Virus record (IMG/VR): IMGVR_UViG_2711768073_000021
Origin: a virus
Taxonomy: Duplodnaviria > Heunggongvirae > Uroviricota > Caudoviricetes
Direction: 5' to 3' (one strand)
DNA: 6,531 nt
The position numbers and the translations under genes are program-made. Under the pieces are notes generated by a model that was given only the letters and a program-made list of their open reading frames with translations, ran no database searches and had not been told where the DNA came from. Within the stretch, counting starts at the first letter, position 1, and every line of letters starts with the position of its first letter. Of this stretch, positions 1-6,531 are shown one piece after another.

Positions 1-111
1 CAGCTGCTTACCGCGCTTCGTGCGCTGCTGTTAAGCCGCAAGAATCCGTTTGGCGATATCAAATCTGATGGCACGGTGAAAACGGCTCTCGAAAACCTTG
101 GTTTGGGAGAA
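1..111. repeat. Inverted repeat, left arm; encodes the 3' end of a tail-fibre constant region and ends in crossover site A
   Basis: Bases 1..111 are the exact reverse complement of 2031..2141 (111/111 by direct comparison). The arm reaches the first base of the window, so its true length is unknown. Confidence 0.9.
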
Positions 112-552
112 GCGGCAAAACGAAATGTGGGCAACGGGGAAAACCAAATCCCTGATATGTCTTTCTGGACGGTTACTGGTGGCAATGGAAATTTTGTGAT
201 TCGTCAACCTGACGGGCTAATCATTCAGATGGTTACTGTAAGTATAAGCGGTCCAGTGGCGATGAATGGAATGACTGATAATGCTTATGCCATTACAGGT
301 TCTAATAAGTCTTATATTGCCACAGCCACATTGCCCTTTGTATTTCCTAATAAGGTGCTGGGCGTTATCCCTCTGGTATCAACAACAGCTTATGGTGGTG
401 TATCCAGTAATATTACAGGTTCATACGCGACGGCGGTTTGTTCTTTTGCCGCTGTCAGGGGGAATAATACGATTGTGTTCAAAGTCGACAAACCACTGAA
501 TGCAGCCTTTCCTTCAGATACCAGCGTCTCAGCGTTAATCATTGGACGGTAA
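1..552 (+). CDS. Tail fibre protein, 5'-partial at window edge: constant-region fragment fused in frame to variable C-terminal domain Sv
   Basis: Frame 1 is open from base 1 to TAA at 550..552; the ORF track starts it at GTG 76. Translation of 1..111 ([37 protein letters not shown]) is identical to the constant part of the minus-strand tail fibre 1572..2333. After the crossover site it diverges into a Gly/Ser/Thr-rich domain typical of fibre tips. Confidence 0.8.
   Translation, partial: QLLTALRALLLSRKNPFGDIKSDGTVKTALENLGLGEAAKRNVGNGENQIPDMSFWTVTGGNGNFVIRQPDGLIIQMVTVSISGPVAMNGMTDNAYAITGSNKSYIATATLPFVFPNKVLGVIPLVSTTAYGGVSSNITGSYATAVCSFAAVRGNNTIVFKVDKPLNAAFPSDTSVSALIIGR
86..111. other. Serine-invertase crossover site A (hix/gix/pix-like, 12-2-12)
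   Basis: CTCTCGAAAACC-TT-GGTTTGGGAGAA is an imperfect palindrome of two 12-bp half-sites around a 2-bp core. It resembles the hix/gix consensus as recalled (TTnTCnnAAACC half-sites), lies at the inner boundary of the inverted repeat, and is in frame within tail-fibre coding sequence. Confidence 0.75.
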
Positions 553-554
553 GA

Positions 555-998
555 ATGAACTCAGTATTCTTTTCACCCGCAAGTAAAAGTTTTTATCTGC
601 AAGAATTGTTTCCAGAATATGAGGATGCGGGAACGCTTCCTGATGATGTTATTGAAATTACCAGAGAAACATATGAGCAATTTCTTGGGCTGCATCCAGA
701 AGGGAAAGAAATTGGCGCTGACAGTTCAGGACGGCCAATATGGATTAATTCCCCGCCGCCTTCAAAAGAGGATGAGATGCTGGCGGCTGAAATGAAAAAG
801 ATATCTTTGGTTTCAGAAGTCAATACCTACATCAATACCCATCAGTGGCCTGGCAAAGCTGCTATTGGTCGTCTGAAAGGTTACGAGCTGGAACAATATA
901 ATTTATGGCTGGATTATCTGGACGCACTGGAACTGGTTGATACCTCCAGTGCTCCAGATATTGAATGGCCTACGCCTCCGGTAGTTCAGGCCAGATGA
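555..998 (+). CDS. Tail fibre assembly chaperone (Tfa / Mu U / P2 G-like), partner of Sv
   Basis: ATG lies 2 nt after the Sv stop. C-terminus [24 protein letters not shown] matches the conserved Tfa C-terminal motif (DTSxAPDIEWP). It overlaps the opposing tfa 3' end convergently (970..998). Confidence 0.85.
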   Translation: MNSVFFSPASKSFYLQELFPEYEDAGTLPDDVIEITRETYEQFLGLHPEGKEIGADSSGRPIWINSPPPSKEDEMLAAEMKKISLVSEVNTYINTHQWPGKAAIGRLKGYELEQYNLWLDYLDALELVDTSSAPDIEWPTPPVVQAR

Positions 999-1575
999 CA
1001 TCCGGCGCGGTGCTGGTATCTGTTGCAGTCACCGCGTCAATGTAATCCAGCACAGCGTTAAGCCGGGTTGTTTCTGCCTGCGTCAGCTTCCGCCCGGCCT
1101 GCAATTTCAGCTGAATCAGACTAATGGAAGCCATAGCAGCATCAATCAGTGACTGGCGCCGTACTTCTGCCGCGTCTACTGCGGCGTTATGCTGTGCCTC
1201 AGTATCGGTCACCCATTTCTCACCATCCCATTTATCGTATGACGTTAACGGGGCGATAGTGGTTGTATTTTCAGGGTAATCACCCGGAACTGTGATTTCT
1301 TTTGATTCTCCTGTTTCGGTGCTATAGACGATTTCACCGCGATGGTCTGGCACATATTCCCATGAGTTAAAATCTGCAGAACGGCAAATTGCATAACCAG
1401 CTTTATATGAGCCAGGAGCATCTAAACAGGAACATGCCGGGATACCAACACCCACAGCAAGATATTCAGTTGATGTGGAAATATATTCCCGTGTTTCACC
1501 ATCATAATTATAAACGGTAATGTCTCCGGCCTTTGTGGCGATGAGTTCATTATTTAATACAGCTTTACTTATCAT
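970..1575 (-). CDS. Tail fibre assembly chaperone (Tfa-like), partner of Sv'
   Basis: ATGA start/stop overlap with the upstream tail-fibre gene. Contains ...KWVTDTEAQ... and C-terminal [24 protein letters not shown], characteristic of the lambda Tfa / Mu U family. Confidence 0.85.
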   Translation of the reverse strand: MISKAVLNNELIATKAGDITVYNYDGETREYISTSTEYLAVGVGIPACSCLDAPGSYKAGYAICRSADFNSWEYVPDHRGEIVYSTETGESKEITVPGDYPENTTTIAPLTSYDKWDGEKWVTDTEAQHNAAVDAAEVRRQSLIDAAMASISLIQLKLQAGRKLTQAETTRLNAVLDYIDAVTATDTSTAPDVIWPELPEA

Positions 1576-2333
1576 GCAGCCCTCACAATATAATTAAAGG
1601 CGATGTTACGGGAGCGGGTTTCAGATGCTGTGCGAACTGAGCGAGATGCGTCGAATGTCCAGTTATAAGCGCCATAACCCTCAATAATTTCGGCTTCCTT
1701 TAGACCTGTAGATAATACTTGCCCATGTTGACTAAATGGCCCTGAACTAAGTACGTCTCTAAAAAGCTGGGTACGCCCAAAAGAACCAACAATATTCTGA
1801 ATTGCATCATTCTGTGCAGATAATAAGTTACGACCAGAGTCAATCCCGCGCCCATCATCCCAGCCACGAATAAATTCACCGCGTAAATCTGGTAATTTTA
1901 ATGTTGGGTAAGCCTTTGCCAGATTTGGGTACTTTTCAGAAGAAAATACTGCTCCGTTACATTTTAGCCACCCCGTTGGCGGAGTGGCGGAAGGCCACGG
2001 AACAGGCACACCAACGGGTAATGCCGAACCTTCTCCCAAACCAAGGTTTTCGAGAGCCGTTTTCACCGTGCCATCAGATTTGATATCGCCAAACGGATTC
2101 TTGCGGCTTAACAGCAGCGCACGAAGCGCGGTAAGCAGCTGGTCATGCCGCCCCTTCTCCAGGCTGGCACCGGATGCCTCCACCACGCTGCAGAGTTCTT
2201 CCTGCAACATGTCAAAGTAGTCATCATCCAGATCGGTGGCAGGTGTGCCGGTCTGGGGGTTACCACGGGTAAAACCGTTCTTACCCGCGCCGAACTTATC
2301 CTTCTGCGCGGTTTTCGTGTCTATACGATGCAT
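1572..2333 (-). CDS. Tail fibre protein (constant N-terminal part Sc + variable C-terminal part Sv' with phage tail-collar-like motif)
   Basis: 253 aa. N-terminus [21 protein letters not shown]... is recalled as typical of e14/lambdoid-prophage side tail fibre proteins. The reading frame passes through crossover site B (ALENLGLGE). The C-terminal part has [11 protein letters not shown]...[13 protein letters not shown], resembling the T4 gp12-type tail collar motif. Tightly coupled to the upstream gene (3-nt gap) and downstream tfa (ATGA overlap). Confidence 0.9.
   Translation of the reverse strand: MHRIDTKTAQKDKFGAGKNGFTRGNPQTGTPATDLDDDYFDMLQEELCSVVEASGASLEKGRHDQLLTALRALLLSRKNPFGDIKSDGTVKTALENLGLGEGSALPVGVPVPWPSATPPTGWLKCNGAVFSSEKYPNLAKAYPTLKLPDLRGEFIRGWDDGRGIDSGRNLLSAQNDAIQNIVGSFGRTQLFRDVLSSGPFSQHGQVLSTGLKEAEIIEGYGAYNWTFDASRSVRTASETRSRNIAFNYIVRAA
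2031..2056. other. Serine-invertase crossover site B
   Basis: TTCTCCCAAACC-AA-GGTTTTCGAGAG, the reverse complement of site A, in inverted orientation relative to A. Confidence 0.75.
2031..2141. repeat. Inverted repeat, right arm
   Basis: Exact reverse complement of 1..111. Whether identity continues beyond 2141 cannot be tested, because the partner would lie left of base 1. Confidence 0.9.
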
Positions 2334-2336
2334 GGA

Positions 2337-4146
<1,810 letters not shown>

Positions 4147-4158
4147 CCACTACAAGAC

Positions 4159-4184
4159 TTCTCCCAAACCAACGTTTATGAAAA
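4159..4184. other. Third serine-invertase crossover site (site C), invertase-proximal, orphaned next to the IS
   Basis: TTCTCCCAAACC-AA-CGTTTATGAAAA. The first 14 bp (inner half plus core) are identical to site B; the other half-site is distinct. Starts 4 bp after the IS right terminus and ends 55 bp upstream of the invertase ATG. Same orientation as B, inverted relative to A. Confidence 0.65.
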
Positions 4185-4238
4185 TGCAGAAATAACGAGC
4201 AAATGGCATCATTCCTGCTTTTGTCAGGGAGATCTACC

Positions 4239-4793
4239 ATGCTTATTGGCTATGTACGTGTGTCAACAAATGACCAGAACACAGATCTACAACGTAATGC
4301 GCTGAACTGTGCAGGATGCGAGCTGATTTTTGAAGACAAGATAAGCGGTACAAAGTCCGAAAGGCCTGGACTGAAAAAACTGCTCAGGACATTATCGGCA
4401 GGTGACACTCTGGTTGTCTGGAAGCTGGATCGGCTGGGGCGTAGTATGCGGCATCTGGTCATTCTGGTTGAGGAGTTGCGCGAACGAGGCATCAACTTTC
4501 GTAGTCTGACGGATTCAATTGATACTAGTACCCCAATGGGGCGCTTTTTCTTTCATGTGATGGGTGCCCTGGCTGAAATGGAGCGTGAACTGATTGTTGA
4601 ACGAACAAAAGCTGGACTGGAAGCTGCTCGCGCACAGGGACGAATTGGTGGACGTAAGCCAAAACTAACGGATGAGCAGTGGGCGCAGGCAGGGAGACTA
4701 ATCGCTGCAGGAGAAACGCGTCAGCGCGTAGCATTAATTTATGATGTAGGAGTGTCAACACTATACCGAAAATTTCCTGTAGGCAGGGATTAG
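4239..4793 (+). CDS. Site-specific DNA invertase, serine recombinase of the Gin/Pin/Hin/Cin family
   Basis: MLIGYVRVSTNDQNTDLQRNAL...GDTLVVWKLDRLGRSMRHL...GINFRSLTDSIDTSTPMGRFFFHVMGALAEMERELIVERT...GRIGGRKPKLT... carries the catalytic Ser in YVRVS and a C-terminal HTH, near-identical in pattern to Gin/Pin as recalled. RBS AGGGAGA is 6 nt upstream of ATG 4239. The ORF-track start at 4203 is a probable over-extension. Confidence 0.92.
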   Translation: MLIGYVRVSTNDQNTDLQRNALNCAGCELIFEDKISGTKSERPGLKKLLRTLSAGDTLVVWKLDRLGRSMRHLVILVEELRERGINFRSLTDSIDTSTPMGRFFFHVMGALAEMERELIVERTKAGLEAARAQGRIGGRKPKLTDEQWAQAGRLIAAGETRQRVALIYDVGVSTLYRKFPVGRD

Positions 4794-5022
4794 ACATGAT
4801 GCAGGCCACCGGTAAAGATTGATGCTGGCAGACAGCACAACTTTACAGCCCAAACTGTCGAGCTCTTGGGAACTCAGACACTAGCCATATATCGGCTCTC
4901 TTAGAGCCGGTGAACCCTCTAAATCAATTCGCCCAGAATGATATTTTTGTACTGGGCAGACCATCACAATTCGGTAATAGACAGCATCAAAGGCAGCTAA
5001 ATAAACCTTAGGCTTATCCACA

Positions 5023-6531
5023 TTACATATCTGCATCAGGAGCCAGTGGGTGTCGAAGATAATGTTCCTGAAGAACATCTGCAATTGATTTCAGATTGTC
5101 TTCCTTAACAATGGAAAGAATGTCACGTCCATTTTTCCAGTCTAATGATATTTTTGTATTTCTTTGCTTCTGATGAAGCAGCAGCTCAAGTGCTTCAGGT
5201 TCAAAATCTGATGAGGTCCAGAATGAAAAAGTCATTTTTCGGTCACGGTACACATGAATCTGACTGTAGAATTTTCTGATGCGTTGAACTCGTTCGAGCC
5301 ACTTTTCGATCATTTCGACTGAAATTAGTCGCTTAACTTCATAGCCTTTACATTCGTAGCACTTAATTTCTGCTTCGCCTCTAAAACCAATCACATCTAT
5401 TTCAGCCTTACCTGCCTCGGTACTGATTTGTTTATTCAAGTCCACAGTGCTGACATTTTGGGTTTTCAGTACGATGTGACCAACTAACATTTCAAACATT
5501 ACGCCTCTTATATTGATTGCGGCGCCTTCAATCCTCGTAAGTCCTTTAAATAGTTCGTTGATTTTTTCTGGGTTTGCTGCCGCAATAGCACTGGCACGAT
5601 TAAGAGTATTTAATAAACTGGACAGTAGTGCTGAAATGTCTTGACCAAGTAGGTTAGATACTGTTGTAGCCATTACACCAGCTTGTTTCGCAAGGCGAAA
5701 GGCTTCTGGATCAAAACGTTCTGCAATCAGCATAGCTAGAAACGGGCGAGTATTTCGCATATTTCTGCATCGCTGTACTTTCGTGAGATAGGTTTGGATG
5801 CTTTTGCTATCTAAATCATTGTATATGACATCTGCAACAATGAAGCCATTACTCATTTCACCTTTTTGTACTGTTGCTAAAGGCATAATATATGACGGAG
5901 CACATATGTCCCAATGGTGATGGCTAAATGAAGGCATATTCTGAGAGTTACGGACTTGGACCTTATTAAAGCTGCCAAGGCTATTGTGTTTAATCCAGTC
6001 AGCTACACCTTTAATGAGAATATCTTCAACCAGCAATTGGTTTCGGACATGTTGGGTATCCGTTACCCCGTTAATATTATTTATGTAAGTAACAAGACAA
6101 TCCCCCAAAACGACATCAACTTCCCTACGCAGAACTGAACCTTTAAGCAATTGCGCTTCAAGACGGCTTGACGCAATGTGTCCCTTCAGTTTGTCCGGAC
6201 TCCCTGAAACCTTGCTAAAAAGATATGTCGGGATCGCCCCTTGATAAGGGTGGAAAGCGAAAAAGGTGTGAGCATAGACTGTTCTTGCATTTACATGACT
6301 TTCAAGCAATGCAATCCAATATCGACGAGAGTTATAGTCCTTTGTCAGATAGAGAAATGCTTCATTTTTGGGCAAAGAAAAATGAGTAAAACGTTGAACA
6401 TCACCTCCAACGCGGGAGATTCGCTGTCTGGCGTTAACTTCTGTTAGGCCATTGGCTATCAGTTTTTCTCTTAAGGCAGATGAGGACATCGGCCCGTAGA
6501 TATGTAGAAGTTGTTCTATGGATGGTTTCAT
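5023..6531 (-). CDS. Hypothetical 502-aa protein with putative C-terminal PD-(D/E)xK (Mrr-catalytic-like) nuclease motif; candidate restriction/defence cargo; N-terminus may extend beyond window
   Basis: Long uninterrupted minus-strand ORF in visibly AT-rich DNA, convergent with the invertase. Residues ~340..410 read FEMLVGHIVL...AEIDVIGFRGEAEIKCYECKGYEVKRLISVEMIEKWL, matching the hhhD...(D/E)xK layout of Mrr_cat-type nucleases (D379, E393-x-K395; GAA TGT AAA is the reverse complement of 5347..5355). No Walker A motif seen. The ATG sits exactly at the window end, so the true start is uncertain. Confidence 0.7.
   Translation of the reverse strand: MKPSIEQLLHIYGPMSSSALREKLIANGLTEVNARQRISRVGGDVQRFTHFSLPKNEAFLYLTKDYNSRRYWIALLESHVNARTVYAHTFFAFHPYQGAIPTYLFSKVSGSPDKLKGHIASSRLEAQLLKGSVLRREVDVVLGDCLVTYINNINGVTDTQHVRNQLLVEDILIKGVADWIKHNSLGSFNKVQVRNSQNMPSFSHHHWDICAPSYIMPLATVQKGEMSNGFIVADVIYNDLDSKSIQTYLTKVQRCRNMRNTRPFLAMLIAERFDPEAFRLAKQAGVMATTVSNLLGQDISALLSSLLNTLNRASAIAAANPEKINELFKGLTRIEGAAINIRGVMFEMLVGHIVLKTQNVSTVDLNKQISTEAGKAEIDVIGFRGEAEIKCYECKGYEVKRLISVEMIEKWLERVQRIRKFYSQIHVYRDRKMTFSFWTSSDFEPEALELLLHQKQRNTKISLDWKNGRDILSIVKEDNLKSIADVLQEHYLRHPLAPDADM

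Larger units (their letters stand above)
99..2043. other. Invertible tail-fibre segment (about 1.95 kb) between crossover sites A and B
   Basis: Bounded by the 2-bp cores of two inverted 26-bp sites. Contains two head-to-head Sv+tfa cassettes, the classic G/P/C-segment architecture. Confidence 0.7.

Noticed and set aside
281-499. 72-aa plus-strand ORF in an alternative frame inside the Sv tail-fibre tip
   Set aside because: Entirely nested in a longer ORF with clear tail-fibre character; no independent start signals; low-complexity translation.
593-823. 76-aa minus-strand ORF antisense to the plus-strand tail-fibre assembly gene
   Set aside because: Antisense overlap with a gene that has a strong family signature; Ser-rich low-complexity product.
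4203-4238. 12-codon N-terminal extension (MASFLLLSGRST) of the invertase ORF
   Set aside because: Gin/Pin/Hin-family proteins begin MLIGYVRVS, and a good RBS precedes ATG 4239 and lies inside the extension.
4250-4809. Two minus-strand ORFs (81 and 94 aa) antisense to the invertase gene
   Set aside because: Antisense to a highly conserved gene; no supporting signals.
4893-4909. Perfect 7-bp stem / 3-nt loop hairpin considered as an intrinsic terminator
   Set aside because: No U-tract on either strand immediately after the stem and the stem is short, so not called as a terminator; noted only as a structural element at the compositional boundary.
4881-5084. 67-aa minus-strand ORF overlapping the 3' end of the 502-aa gene
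   Set aside because: Overlaps the last ~20 codons of the long ORF in another frame and spans the intergenic hairpin; no RBS noted. Kept only as a remote possibility of a small protein.
5956-6447. Two plus-strand ORFs (60 and 68 aa) antisense to the 502-aa gene
   Set aside because: In AT-rich DNA, nested antisense to a 1.5-kb uninterrupted ORF; most likely chance.

Overview
This window is a mosaic of five parts, all called by reading the sequence and translations by eye (no database search was run). (1) A prophage tail-fibre host-range switching module of the Mu G-segment / e14 P-segment type: two alternative tail-fibre C-terminal domains, each with its own tail-fibre assembly chaperone, arranged head-to-head between inverted 26-bp serine-invertase crossover sites. 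(2) A tail-fibre constant region and a YmfQ/DUF2313-like tail gene whose 5' end is cut by (3) a complete IS3-family insertion sequence (IS911-like OrfA/OrfB with an A AAA AAG -1 frameshift site). (4) A Gin/Pin/Hin/Cin-family DNA invertase, preceded by a third, orphan crossover site that abuts the IS. (5) An AT-rich, compositionally foreign 502-codon gene on the minus strand that runs to the window edge. It carries what looks like a PD-(D/E)xK (Mrr-catalytic-like) nuclease signature and sits in the invertase-adjacent cargo position, which makes it the best candidate for an undescribed defence or restriction function. No rRNA, tRNA or CRISPR array was seen.
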